Shown here: positions 1-9,395 of the stretch, one piece after another
Numbering within the stretch: the first letter of the stretch is position 1
Layout: each line of letters begins with the position of its first letter
From: Fimbriimonadales bacterium
GTDB taxonomy: Bacteria; Armatimonadota; Fimbriimonadia; Fimbriimonadales; GBS-DC
Assembly (NCBI GenBank): GCA_026003075.1
Contig: BPGO01000003.1
Span: forward strand, 150,025-214,024
Direction: 5' to 3'
Length of the DNA stretch: 64,000 nucleotides
Program-made: the position numbers and the translations under genes
Notes under the pieces: model-generated
What the model saw: only the letters and a program-made list of their open reading frames with translations
Databases searched by the model: none
Told to the model about the DNA's origin: nothing

Positions 1-1100
1 AGATTACCCAACGCCGCCAGGATTGCCGAGACCCAGAATCCGCGATTGATGGGTTGCATCGGGTTCAGGTCGGCGCGATCTTCACCCTTGACCGCCAGCA
101 CGCCGATAATGGAGGCAATCACCCCCACGCCGCGTACCAGCAGCGCGAACATCACGAGTTTCATCGCGCTCGCAGGGGTCAGCACCAAACTGGCAGCCAC
201 GCCCAGAATAATCGCCGCCACGAGCGTGACCTCATACGACTCGAACACATCCGCCGCCATCCCGGCGCAGTCGCCCACATTATCGCCCACATTATCGGCA
301 ATCGTGGCGGGATTGCGCGGGTCGTCTTCCGGGATGCCAGCCTCCACCTTGCCCACGAGGTCGGCGCCCACATCCGCACCCTTGGTGTAGATTCCGCCCC
401 CAACGCGCATAAACAGCGCCGCTAACGAGCCGCCGAACCCGAAGCCCACCAGCACGAACATCGCCTTCTCACGGAACAGCAAGAAGATGACCGTCGCGCC
501 GAGCAAGCCTAAGCCCACCGTGAACATCCCGCTGACCGCGCCCGCGCGAAAGGCAATCTCCAGAGCGTTTTTGAAGCTCGTCAGCGCCGCCGCTGCCGTG
601 CGCAGGTTGCCCCGCACCGCCATATACATCCCGACATAGCCCGCGCCATACGAGGCAAACACACCTAAAAAGAACGCAACCGCAATCCCTGCGCCCAGCA
701 TCAACCCCTCGCCAGGATAGATGCGCTCGTATACAGGGCGATAGAGAAAAAACAGCCCCGCTGTTATCGCCAGCACGAACCAAATCATCGTGCTAATCTG
801 CCGTTTGAGGTAAGCGTTCGCCCCATCTTGAATCGCAACGGCGACCTCCTGCATGCGAGGTGTGCCAGGATTTTGCTTGAGCGTCCACCGCAGCAGGTAG
901 AACCCGAACCCCAACGCTGTAAACGCCAGCAACAGCACGATACTGAGAATCAGATACTCTTGTGAGCCGAATGGGGGGAGCTCCACTGCCTCCGCGGCGA
1001 ACACCCTCATCCCTGAAAGTAGCCATAACGCGCCCAAAATCGCCACGCGAGCGGGTATGACTGCCCACCCGACGCGCTGAGCCACGCCGATATTCCTCAT
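1..1100 (-). CDS. hppA: Membrane-bound H+/Na+-translocating pyrophosphatase, N-terminal ~366 codons (gene runs off the window start)
   Basis: Not in the ORF track because it is open at the edge. Own minus-strand translation from ATG 1100-1098 gives MRNIGVAQRVGW...GGIYTKGADVGADLVGKVEAGIPEDDPRNPATIADNVGDNVGDCAGMAADVFESYEVT, hallmark M-PPase motifs. SD GGGAGGAG lies 7 nt upstream. Confidence 0.9.
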   Translation of the reverse strand, partial: MRNIGVAQRVGWAVIPARVAILGALWLLSGMRVFAAEAVELPPFGSQEYLILSIVLLLAFTALGFGFYLLRWTLKQNPGTPRMQEVAVAIQDGANAYLKRQISTMIWFVLAITAGLFFLYRPVYERIYPGEGLMLGAGIAVAFFLGVFASYGAGYVGMYMAVRGNLRTAAAALTSFKNALEIAFRAGAVSGMFTVGLGLLGATVIFLLFREKAMFVLVGFGFGGSLAALFMRVGGGIYTKGADVGADLVGKVEAGIPEDDPRNPATIADNVGDNVGDCAGMAADVFESYEVTLVAAIILGVAASLVLTPASAMKLVMFALLVRGVGVIASIIGVLAVKGEDRADLNPMQPINRGFWVSAILAALGN

Positions 1101-1165
1101 CGAACAACTCCTCCCTTGTGTTAGATTAGAATCGTCTTTCTCCGCCGTTTGCAGAGACGGCTGTA

Positions 1166-1171
1166 AGTGTA
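1166..1171 (-). promoter_or_regulatory. -10 box, hppA promoter
   Basis: Minus strand reads AAGGTACACT, 65 nt before ATG 1100. Confidence 0.45.
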
Positions 1172-1285
1172 CCTTATTCCGCAGAAGATGCGCCAAGCTT
1201 TGTATTCGCGCTGGACGGTTCCTCAAAACCACTGAAGCTGCAGGAATCCTTTGCAGAGTCGTCGAATCTATACAACGGTGAGACT

Positions 1286-4200
1286 ATGACATGGCGCAAA
1301 GTCGCGCATATCGCGCTTGGATGCACGCTTCTGTTGGCGTTTCAACTGTACGGCGTGGCAGAACTGATTCGGAACGAGCCGCCGCGGGGCAGCATATTCG
1401 GAGTGGTCTACTCGGAACGCACCTTAGCGCCCATTCCCAACGCTTATGTAGAGTTAGTGCGGGTGGAGCCTTTCGATGCGTCGCCCCCCTCGGAGCCTAT
1501 GCCTGAAGACACTACGATTCAAGAAAATCGCTTCCAAGGCTGGCGCGACTTACAATGGTATGAGTGGGAATGTTATGGATGGGCTCCCAGAAACACATGG
1601 CAGGTCTATGCCGATGCGCAAGGGCGTTTCCGGTTGCGCGGCATTCCGGCGGGCGTCTATCAAGTCTACGCTCGGGGCGAGGTTCACAATTTGGAGGATG
1701 ATAACAGGCGCATTGAGGTCAAAGAGGGTGGACGCGTCGAGATCGACCTCGCTCTCAAGCCGCAGGAGCCGTTTCTGGACCTAATCCACCCACAAGCCGT
1801 GTATCATCCCGATGAGCCGCTGCGCATGGGCATTCGCGGCTTCAACGCAGAAGACACCTTGCGCCTCACGCTCTACCGCGTGCGCAATACAGGACGCGAC
1901 ACCCCAGCCGAACTGTACGATTTTTTGAGTGAAATCCATCACGGTTGGTGGCGTCCCGAAAGCCAACTGGCGCAGGAAATGGAACAGTATCAGTCCTCGA
2001 TGACCCCGATTTGGGAGCAGACGGTGCCCATTCGCGGGCGCGACCCCGAAGGCGTGTTCACCCAGTATGTTGAAGTGCCCAAACAACCCGAAGGAACCTA
2101 TCTCCTGCAGGTGGAATCGGGCGCCAATCAGCGGGTGGGGCTAATGGTCATCAGCTCGGTCGCCCTCGTGAGCAAAGTGTCCCCGGATGCCACTGAGCTC
2201 TGGTGTACCGACCTGCGCACGGGGCAACCGGTCGACGGCGCAGAGATTACGGTGCATCGAGCGCGGAGTCAAGGCGTCGGCAACCACCGGCAGATTGTGT
2301 ATGAGCCTGTGCACACAGGGCGTACCAACGCCAACGGACTGTGGCGTTTCCCATCCTTTGCGAAAACCAAAGACGATCACTGGCGCGGGCAACTGGTCAC
2401 GGTGAAGTCGCCACGCACGGGGCAACTCATCTACTGGGGGCGTGTCGACGCCGCCACTTGGAGGGATGAATCAGTGCCGCGCGAACCCCTGTACGGGGTC
2501 ATCTACACCGAGCGACCCATCTACCGACCTGGACACACCATCCATTTCAAAGGCATCGTGCGACTTGGCGAAATCCTAAACTACCGACTGCCACCGCCGA
2601 ACACCCCCGTGCGAATCAGTCTGCTGACCCCGCGCGGCGAGGTAGTCTACGAAATGCGCACGCAGCTCAACCGCATGGGCGCGTTCCACGGCAGTTTCAC
2701 CACTTCGCCCGAAGCCGAAACAGGCGTCTACCGTATCCAGGCGCGTATCGGCGACTACGGCGTGATAGAAGACTCGCTTCCCATCAGCGCGTACCGCAAA
2801 CCTACCTATCGCATCACGGCCAAACCCGACCGCGAGCTTTATATGCCGAACGAAACCGTGCGCGTGCAAATCAATACCGACTACTATTTCGGCATGCCTG
2901 TGCCCAACACGCAACTCAGCTACACACTCTACCGCCATGAGAAATGGAACTGGGATCACTACGAGGACGACTATGACTTTTTAGACTGGGGCGACGAGTA
3001 CGAATATTACGGCAGCGACATGTACGGCGAGGTGGTGCAAACGGGTGAGCTCACGACCGACTCGGCGGGGCGGGCGAACCTGGTCTTACGCTCCAGCGAC
3101 CTGTTGCCCAACCATCGCGAGCGACACCCCCTCTACTGGGATGAGCCAGAGATTAGTTATGGCTACACGCTGGAGGTGTACGCGCTCTCGGAAGGCTGGG
3201 AAGGCGCCAAAGCCCAAGCCGAGTTCGAAGTAGCGACCTCCGTGTGGCAAGCGACGCTGCGCCCCGATGTCGAGTTCGGCGAATTGGGGCGCACCTACCG
3301 CTACACCGTGCGCTTGACCGATCGACGCACCAGGCAGCCTGTGCAGGCCACGCTCCGCTGGCAGGCAGGCAAACAACTCGCTACGGGCAATCGTTTCCGC
3401 TTCGAGCCGCGCTTCGAGGGCACAGTACAAACGAACGCGCAGGGCGTCGCCGAGTTCCAGTTTACCCCCGATGTCAGCGGCGACTGGGAAGTGCAGCTAA
3501 GCGCCCGCGACTCCGACGGCAACCCGTTCACAACGCGCCACATCCTCTGGATTTGGGGAGCCGACTACACGCCGTGGTGGTGGGGACGCCGCGACGCGAA
3601 CGCCCTCGAAGCACGGCTGAATAAGCGCGTTTTCGAACCAGGCGAAACGGCGGAACTCGCCTTGCGTACGCCCCATCGCGATGCTGTATTCTATATCACG
3701 CTGGAAGGCGACCGGCTGTATCAGTCGCAGGTAGTAAAAGCACAAGGCGCACTCACGCGCGTCCGTATCCCGCTCACCCGAGAGCAAGTCCCCAACGCCT
3801 ATATCTCCGTATGTATGGTGCGCAACAAGGAACTGGTGCAGCGCGTGCTGGAGGTGCGTGTGGGGCGTCAAATCGGCAAAATGCAGGTGCATATCCAAAC
3901 CGACAAGCCACGCTACGAGCCGGGCGAGACGCTCACAGCGCGGATTCAAACGACCGATATTCAGGGACGCCCCACCCCCGCGGAGGTCTCGCTTGCGGTG
4001 GTGGATGAGGCGATTTACAGCATCCGCGAAGACCACCCCAACGCCGTCTACCGCGCGTTCTATGCGCGACGCTGGAACGCGGTACAAACCGACTTCTCGG
4101 CAGTATGGCTCGCGTTGCAAGGCGACAAAGGGGGCAAGGAGACCATTCGTCGCGACTTCCCCGACACCGCCTACTGGCAACCGACGATTATGACCGACGC

Positions 4201-6370
4201 GCGTGGGCAAGCGACCGTGCGCCTGAAACTGCCCGATAACCTCACCGAGTGGCGGCTCACGGCAATCGGGCATACCGCCGATACCCATGTGGGCTACGCC
4301 CGCGCTCAGGTCAAAGCCGCCAAAGACCTCATGGCGCGGCTGCGACTGCCCATGTGGCTCGTGGAAGGCGACCGCACGCAAATCAGCGCGATCCTCAGCA
4401 ACGACACCGATCAACCGCGCACCGTGCAGGTCGAACTCCGCGCCCCCGACGGCGTGCGCACCCGCACTGTGGCAGTGCCCGTACGCAACTCCATCACCCT
4501 GACTTGGGACTACGAAGCGAAGACGCTGGGCGTGCAGAAGTTCGCTTTAATCGCCCGCGAGGTGAACGGACGCCTGCGCGACGCCGAAGAGCGCACGCTG
4601 GAAATCAAACCGCTCGCCATCAACGAAATCGACAGCCGCGCCATCCTGCTCAATGCCGAACGCCAGGTAAGTTTCACTCTGCATCCCGATGCCCGACCGA
4701 ATCAGGTTACGCTCACCTTACGCACCATGCCCAGCATAACGGCAATCGCGCTGGACAGCCTACCCTACTTGATGGATTATCCCTACGGCTGTGTGGAGCA
4801 GACTGTGAGCCGATTCGTGCCTGCGGTGCTGACCCAACGCGTCTACGAGCAAGCAGGCGCGCCCCTGGACGCCGAAACCCAACGCAAAATCGCTGAGATT
4901 ACGCAGAATTCTTTTGAACGGCTCCGGCGGCTACAGACCAGCGACGGCGGCTGGGGCTGGTGGGAAAGCGACAAACCACTCCTCTGGACGACCGCTTATG
5001 TCGTGTGGGGGCTACACAAGGCGAAGCGGGCGGGCGTGCAGGTACCCAACTCGCTCTATCAGCGCGGCGTGGATGCCCTGCGACGGCTCATCGTCAACTC
5101 GCTCGCGCAGGCGCGCTCTGCAGACCCCAACAAACGCATCGATATCTCAACACCAGAGTGGCTATTCCTCCTCTCGGTGTTGGCGGAGGTAGACCCGACG
5201 CCGCCTGACGCCCTACGCTACAGCGACTGGATGGAAGAGGTCATCGAGCACGCGATCCTTCCGCCCCCATTCGAGCAAAATAAATACTTCTTGAAAAGCG
5301 TTCAGCATCGGCGTATCGGACTGATTCACATCCTGTTGCGCTGGCGCAATCTGCCCAACGCCGATCAGCACCTCAAGCGTCTTTGGAACGCTTGCCTGCG
5401 CGACGCTTTAGAAGACCGCAACACTATCGACTGGTCGCCCAACCGTACGGACGAGCCGTGGTGGAACTGGTGCGACTGGTCGTCGATAGAGACGCAGGCA
5501 ATGGCGCTGCAGGCGTTGTTGTTGAGTCGTGAACACGCCGTCGCATGGTTCGGTAGTGTCGCACGCTACGAGCAACTCATCGGTAAGACGGTAGTCGGGC
5601 TGGTGCAAGGCTATCGGAATGGATACTGGTATCAGTCGCGCGAAACAGCGTTGGCGATTGAGGCGTTGCTAAGCTACAGCGTACGCTACGAGCGCAACTT
5701 TGCCGCACGTGAGGCGGAGTACGAAGTTCGTCTTAACGGGCAGCCGATTCAGCGAGTGTCCGTCGCGGCGTTCAGCACGCGGCGGTTCGTGCAGCCGCTC
5801 ACACTCAAGAACCTGGCGTGGCGTCCGGGCGAGAACACCATCACCCTGCGCCCGGTGCGCGGCGCGCCGCTGGTGAGCGTCGTGTTCCAGCAAGCGCGCA
5901 ATGTGCCCCTGCAAGAAACCCCCTCAGGACCGTTGCGGTTGCGCGTCTACCGCTTGGAGCGACCGAGCGAGCTGGAGATCCCTGGCGAACAACTGCGCCC
6001 ATTGCATTCGGGAGATACCGTGCGCGCGGGCGAGCTGCTCCGCATCGATGTGGAAGCCCGCATGCCCCAAAAAGTCTCGCGCCTCGAATACACCGTGCTG
6101 GAGACGCCCTTCGCCGCCGGTTGCGCCCCGTTCAATACCGAAGCGTTTCTGAGGGCATGGTGGTGGAACTATGCGCACGAAGAGATTCGGGACGACCGCT
6201 CGCTGGCGTTCCGCCAATACTGGAGCGATGGGGACGCCTACCACTACACCCTGCTGGTACGCGCCGAAACGCCCGGCGAATACACTATCCTGCCTGCACA
6301 CCTGTGGGGCATGTACGCACCCTACCAAGCGCACAGCAACGGATTCAAACTGCGAATTCGAGGCGATTAA
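1286..6370 (+). CDS. Bacterial alpha-2-macroglobulin family protein, thioester type (1694 aa)
   Basis: Single long ORF with an N-terminal hydrophobic anchor and a CarboxypepD_reg-like start (IFGVVYSE..PIPNAYVELV). It has repeated beta-rich MG-like segments, the thioester motif YPYGCVEQ (Cys codon 4790-4792) and a helical TED-like region after it. Confidence 0.85.
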   Translation: MTWRKVAHIALGCTLLLAFQLYGVAELIRNEPPRGSIFGVVYSERTLAPIPNAYVELVRVEPFDASPPSEPMPEDTTIQENRFQGWRDLQWYEWECYGWAPRNTWQVYADAQGRFRLRGIPAGVYQVYARGEVHNLEDDNRRIEVKEGGRVEIDLALKPQEPFLDLIHPQAVYHPDEPLRMGIRGFNAEDTLRLTLYRVRNTGRDTPAELYDFLSEIHHGWWRPESQLAQEMEQYQSSMTPIWEQTVPIRGRDPEGVFTQYVEVPKQPEGTYLLQVESGANQRVGLMVISSVALVSKVSPDATELWCTDLRTGQPVDGAEITVHRARSQGVGNHRQIVYEPVHTGRTNANGLWRFPSFAKTKDDHWRGQLVTVKSPRTGQLIYWGRVDAATWRDESVPREPLYGVIYTERPIYRPGHTIHFKGIVRLGEILNYRLPPPNTPVRISLLTPRGEVVYEMRTQLNRMGAFHGSFTTSPEAETGVYRIQARIGDYGVIEDSLPISAYRKPTYRITAKPDRELYMPNETVRVQINTDYYFGMPVPNTQLSYTLYRHEKWNWDHYEDDYDFLDWGDEYEYYGSDMYGEVVQTGELTTDSAGRANLVLRSSDLLPNHRERHPLYWDEPEISYGYTLEVYALSEGWEGAKAQAEFEVATSVWQATLRPDVEFGELGRTYRYTVRLTDRRTRQPVQATLRWQAGKQLATGNRFRFEPRFEGTVQTNAQGVAEFQFTPDVSGDWEVQLSARDSDGNPFTTRHILWIWGADYTPWWWGRRDANALEARLNKRVFEPGETAELALRTPHRDAVFYITLEGDRLYQSQVVKAQGALTRVRIPLTREQVPNAYISVCMVRNKELVQRVLEVRVGRQIGKMQVHIQTDKPRYEPGETLTARIQTTDIQGRPTPAEVSLAVVDEAIYSIREDHPNAVYRAFYARRWNAVQTDFSAVWLALQGDKGGKETIRRDFPDTAYWQPTIMTDARGQATVRLKLPDNLTEWRLTAIGHTADTHVGYARAQVKAAKDLMARLRLPMWLVEGDRTQISAILSNDTDQPRTVQVELRAPDGVRTRTVAVPVRNSITLTWDYEAKTLGVQKFALIAREVNGRLRDAEERTLEIKPLAINEIDSRAILLNAERQVSFTLHPDARPNQVTLTLRTMPSITAIALDSLPYLMDYPYGCVEQTVSRFVPAVLTQRVYEQAGAPLDAETQRKIAEITQNSFERLRRLQTSDGGWGWWESDKPLLWTTAYVVWGLHKAKRAGVQVPNSLYQRGVDALRRLIVNSLAQARSADPNKRIDISTPEWLFLLSVLAEVDPTPPDALRYSDWMEEVIEHAILPPPFEQNKYFLKSVQHRRIGLIHILLRWRNLPNADQHLKRLWNACLRDALEDRNTIDWSPNRTDEPWWNWCDWSSIETQAMALQALLLSREHAVAWFGSVARYEQLIGKTVVGLVQGYRNGYWYQSRETALAIEALLSYSVRYERNFAAREAEYEVRLNGQPIQRVSVAAFSTRRFVQPLTLKNLAWRPGENTITLRPVRGAPLVSVVFQQARNVPLQETPSGPLRLRVYRLERPSELEIPGEQLRPLHSGDTVRAGELLRIDVEARMPQKVSRLEYTVLETPFAAGCAPFNTEAFLRAWWWNYAHEEIRDDRSLAFRQYWSDGDAYHYTLLVRAETPGEYTILPAHLWGMYAPYQAHSNGFKLRIRGD

Positions 6371-6428
6371 GACTGGCACGGTTTAGACGCGCCGCAACAG
6401 GGCTGAGGCAACGAAGGAACGGTGGTGG

Positions 6429-7193
6429 TCATGGCTGCTCCGTAAACACTACGGCAGTCCCGCCATGAGCAAGGTGCAACTTGAGGAAATCTTTGCCTTG
6501 AACACGAGCCCAGCCTGCGATGGGATTCCCGTCATAGGTGATCGTGCCCTCGGAGAGGGTTTGCCCAACACGAGCAGCACGCTGCAGCCCCTTCCCATCA
6601 GTTCTCACCACCCAGACCTCGCCCGTGCCTTCGTCATACAAAGCCACATGCTTACCAGAGGGCGAAATACTGGCGGAGACCACTTTCTGGAACCGATTCC
6701 CCACGACGAACGAATCCCCCGTCGTCGGATTCTCAATCCGTACCAGCTCATAGCGACGAAGGTCTTCTGAGATTTGCTCAGTCTTATAAACTTTGCAGCT
6801 ATCTGTAGAAGCGAGCAAATCACCTTCGTGCGCCAAGACAAGCTGAATCTTATCAGAAGCGGGATTGCTGAAATGCCGAGCGGGCGCCTCCATCGCCACG
6901 AACAACATCATCGCGATAAAGAGCAACACGCCCACGCCCATTGCCATAACCGTTTGGAGTCTTATTCGGGTGCGTGCGCGTTGCCGAGACGCCGCCTTTT
7001 GGCGCTCCTCGTACATGCGTACCGCCTGCTGCAGGCTCTCTTCACTGATACCGGCTTCTTGGGCGATGGCACGCAGATGCTCTATCGAAAATGAGTCGTC
7101 GCGCAAGTTCGCGGCGATTTTGAGGATCTCGCCCGCCTCTTCAGGCGAATAGGAGCGCTCTGTCTCCACCGACCGCTGCTGCTCCAGAGGCAT
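6429..7193 (-). CDS. Hypothetical single-pass membrane protein (cytoplasmic helical N-module, TM, beta-rich C-terminal domain)
   Basis: 254-aa ORF with a TM segment LQTVMAMGVGVLLFIAMMLFVAM. The C-terminus has a propeller-blade-like segment SPSGKHVALYDEGTGEVWVVRTDGKG. A GGGTATAAT promoter lies 17 nt upstream. No family recognised. Confidence 0.55.
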   Translation of the reverse strand: MPLEQQRSVETERSYSPEEAGEILKIAANLRDDSFSIEHLRAIAQEAGISEESLQQAVRMYEERQKAASRQRARTRIRLQTVMAMGVGVLLFIAMMLFVAMEAPARHFSNPASDKIQLVLAHEGDLLASTDSCKVYKTEQISEDLRRYELVRIENPTTGDSFVVGNRFQKVVSASISPSGKHVALYDEGTGEVWVVRTDGKGLQRAARVGQTLSEGTITYDGNPIAGWARVQGKDFLKLHLAHGGTAVVFTEQP

Positions 7194-7210
7194 TGCATTT
7201 CCCCCAACTA

Positions 7211-7216
7211 ATTATA
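7211..7216 (-). promoter_or_regulatory. -10 box for the 6429-7193 gene
   Basis: Minus strand GGGTATAAT, 17 nt before ATG 7193. Confidence 0.55.
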
Positions 7217-7243
7217 CCCTGCGTCTTTAGTGTAGAGGCTGCA

Positions 7244-8524
7244 CTACGACGCACCTGCTTGAATAAACATCACCGTGCGGTTGCGCGAGGTATGCAGATA
7301 CTGTTGCACGGCGCGTTGCACATCGTCGGGGGTGATCGCAAGCAGGCGTTCCAACGCGCGATTCACTCCGTCGGGGTCGCCCTCGAAGGCGGCGAAGTAC
7401 GCCAACCCCAACGCACGCCCCAGAGGACTTTGCATGCCGTAATACAGATTATCGCCCCAGCGTTGCGCCAGCACCATCGTGCGCACGCGTTCCAACTCCC
7501 GTTCCGAGACGCCCTCCTCCGCCAGTTTTTGAATCTCCTCATACAGCACGGCTTCCACGCGCTCAGGCTCGATAGGCGGACGATGCAACACGAACAACCG
7601 AAACAGGCTGGGGGCGGGACGCGCTTCTGCGCCACCCGACACACTAATGGCAATCTGCTCCTGCTTCACGAGGCGTTGATACAGTCGCGAGGCGTGCCCA
7701 TCCACCAGTAGGTCGCCTGCGATTTGCAGCGCGTCGTTTTCCAAAGTACCGCGCGGTGGAATCTTCCAGCAAACAGCCACCGCAGGCACATTGGCCAGCA
7801 CATCGTGGAACACCTCGCGCCGTTCCTCGCGCTCCGGCTCCGACACATCGACCGCAGGCGGCGCGGGCTGCGGCGGTATCTCCGCAAAGTATCGCTCAAT
7901 CCACTTGCGCGCCGTCGCCAAGTCATAATCGCCCGCGACCACCAGAATCGCATTATTCGGCGCGTAGTAGGTGCGGAAAAACGCCTGCACATCGTCCAGT
8001 GTGGCGTTGTCCAAGTCTTCCATCGCCCCAATAATCGAGTGCTGGTTCGCGAAGTTGTCATAGGCGATTTCACGCAAGCGTTCCATCGCGCGGGCATAGG
8101 GCTGATTGTCCACGCTCAGCCGACGCTCCTCTTTGACCACTGCGCGCTGGTTGTCGAGATTTTCCTGTGACACCTGCAGCGAGCGCATCCGATCCGACTC
8201 CAACCACAAGCCCAACGGCAACTTGGACGCAGGCAGCAACTCAAAATAGGCTGTCATATCATACGAGGTGAAGCCATTCAGCACGCCCCCATTCGACTCC
8301 ACATATTTGAAATGCATCTCGCGCGGCACATTCTCCGAGCCTTGAAACATCATATGCTCAAACAGGTGCGCAAAGCCCGTCTTGCCGCGCGGCTCGTTCA
8401 CGGAGCCGACCTTGTAAAGCACGAGCACCGCGACCGTCGGCGCGACCGCATGGGGCGAGAGAATCACCTGCAGCCCGTTCGGCAGGGTATAGGTCTCATA
8501 CTCGATGCGCGTGGACGTCAGCAT
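7244..8524 (-). CDS. M16 (pitrilysin/insulinase) family zinc peptidase
   Basis: HxxEH zinc motif in GFAHLFEHMMFQGS and the typical two-domain M16 length. Start moved from the ORF-track 8692 to ATG 8524 (MLTSTRIEYETYTLPNGLQV) because a GGTATACT -10 box sits 7 nt upstream, inside the extension. Confidence 0.85.
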   Translation of the reverse strand: MLTSTRIEYETYTLPNGLQVILSPHAVAPTVAVLVLYKVGSVNEPRGKTGFAHLFEHMMFQGSENVPREMHFKYVESNGGVLNGFTSYDMTAYFELLPASKLPLGLWLESDRMRSLQVSQENLDNQRAVVKEERRLSVDNQPYARAMERLREIAYDNFANQHSIIGAMEDLDNATLDDVQAFFRTYYAPNNAILVVAGDYDLATARKWIERYFAEIPPQPAPPAVDVSEPEREERREVFHDVLANVPAVAVCWKIPPRGTLENDALQIAGDLLVDGHASRLYQRLVKQEQIAISVSGGAEARPAPSLFRLFVLHRPPIEPERVEAVLYEEIQKLAEEGVSERELERVRTMVLAQRWGDNLYYGMQSPLGRALGLAYFAAFEGDPDGVNRALERLLAITPDDVQRAVQQYLHTSRNRTVMFIQAGAS

Positions 8525-8531
8525 GATGGGA

Positions 8532-8537
8532 AGTATA
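8532..8537 (-). promoter_or_regulatory. -10 box for the M16 peptidase (leaderless geometry)
   Basis: Minus strand AGGTATACT, then 7 nt, then ATG 8524. Confidence 0.5.
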
Positions 8538-8696
8538 CCTTGCGCTTGTTCCGCACCTGCGCGGTCAACAAAAAACCGACCGGTGTCCAAATGGCACAAA
8601 AGTTGCTGCATGACAGGTGGGTGTCTTGAAAGGGAGCGACTGGACTTTCTTTGTAGCAAAAGCGAAAGGAAATCTTTATTGAGAGGAGGCACTGGA

Positions 8697-8729
8697 CAGG
8701 GCGGGGGGATTCCCCGCCCTGTTTTTATT
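8697..8729. terminator. GC-rich hairpin with a T-tract on the plus strand, located right after the minus-strand LemA stop
   Basis: Stem CAGGGCGGGG (8697-8706) / CCCCGCCCTG (8712-8721), then TTTTTATT on the plus strand. On the minus strand the A-run precedes the stem, so orientation and function are ambiguous. Confidence 0.4.
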
Positions 8730-9390
8730 GGGGACGCTCCACCTGCTTGGGATACCCCAGCAAGGGACGCGCCAGAGTGATTGGAAATCGCCGCGCGGTT
8801 TGCTCGTAGCGTAGAGCAGCCTCTTCGAAGCGTTTGCGCTCGACGGCGATGCGGTTCTCGCTGCCCGTGATTTCATCCATCAAGCGCACGATGAGCCAGT
8901 CGTTGCGTATCGCAGGGTCTTGCAAAAGTTGTTGCACCAGCGTGTTGGCTTGAGCGGGGTTCTGGCGCAACGCCTGCGCCAGCGTCTGAAGTTTTTCCCG
9001 CTGCTGCTGGTTGACCTGCTCGGCAAGGCTTTCCAAGCGCGGAATCAGGGTGGCTTTGCGTTCCTGCACATTCTGGAGTTGGGCGCGTCTCAGCGCCACC
9101 TCCGCCCACGCCTGACGGAGCGCGTGTTGGCTGTAGAGCAAGTTCAGCACAAACAGCGCCACGAACACCGCCATCGCCACGAGGATATATTTTCGCCGTT
9201 GTGCACGGCGCAGGTGTTCTTGTTCTATGCGGCGCAACGCCTCACGCAAGTGCTGAGGATCCACGCCGATCTCTGCCGCGCTCGTCTCCAGCGTCTGCGT
9301 ATCGATTTTGCCCTCTTGCTCCTGCTGTAGGCGCACCGCTTCGCGGATGACTTCCTGCGCCTGTTCGGGGTTCAGTTTCTTCTCTTGCAT
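8725..9390 (-). CDS. LemA family membrane protein with an N-terminal helical extension
   Basis: After the TM come LemA-like segments: AWAEVALRRAQLQNVQERKATLIPRLESLAEQV and ENRIAVERKRFEEAALRYEQTARRFPITLARPLLGY. The gene is paired with a TPM gene as usual for LemA. ATG 9390 is preferred (SD GGGAGGAG upstream); the ORF-track TTG 9402 is also possible. Confidence 0.7.
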   Translation of the reverse strand: MQEKKLNPEQAQEVIREAVRLQQEQEGKIDTQTLETSAAEIGVDPQHLREALRRIEQEHLRRAQRRKYILVAMAVFVALFVLNLLYSQHALRQAWAEVALRRAQLQNVQERKATLIPRLESLAEQVNQQQREKLQTLAQALRQNPAQANTLVQQLLQDPAIRNDWLIVRLMDEITGSENRIAVERKRFEEAALRYEQTARRFPITLARPLLGYPKQVERPQ

Positions 9391-9395
9391 CGCGT

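Noticed and set aside
46-1107. ORF-track entries 46-390, 54-425, 179-403, 469-783 and 793-1107
   Set aside because: All are off-frame or antisense to the hppA reading frame, which the track omits because it is open at the window edge. My own translation shows M-PPase motifs.
8525-8692. N-terminal extensions of ORF-track models (8692; also 14286, 19050, 21773, 27973, 28416, 30966, 31447, 34673, 36148, 37127, 42908, 46281, 52854, 56566, 59546, 61199)
   Set aside because: The extensions contain the predicted -10 box, SD or upstream gene ends. Family-typical N-termini begin at the internal starts I report.
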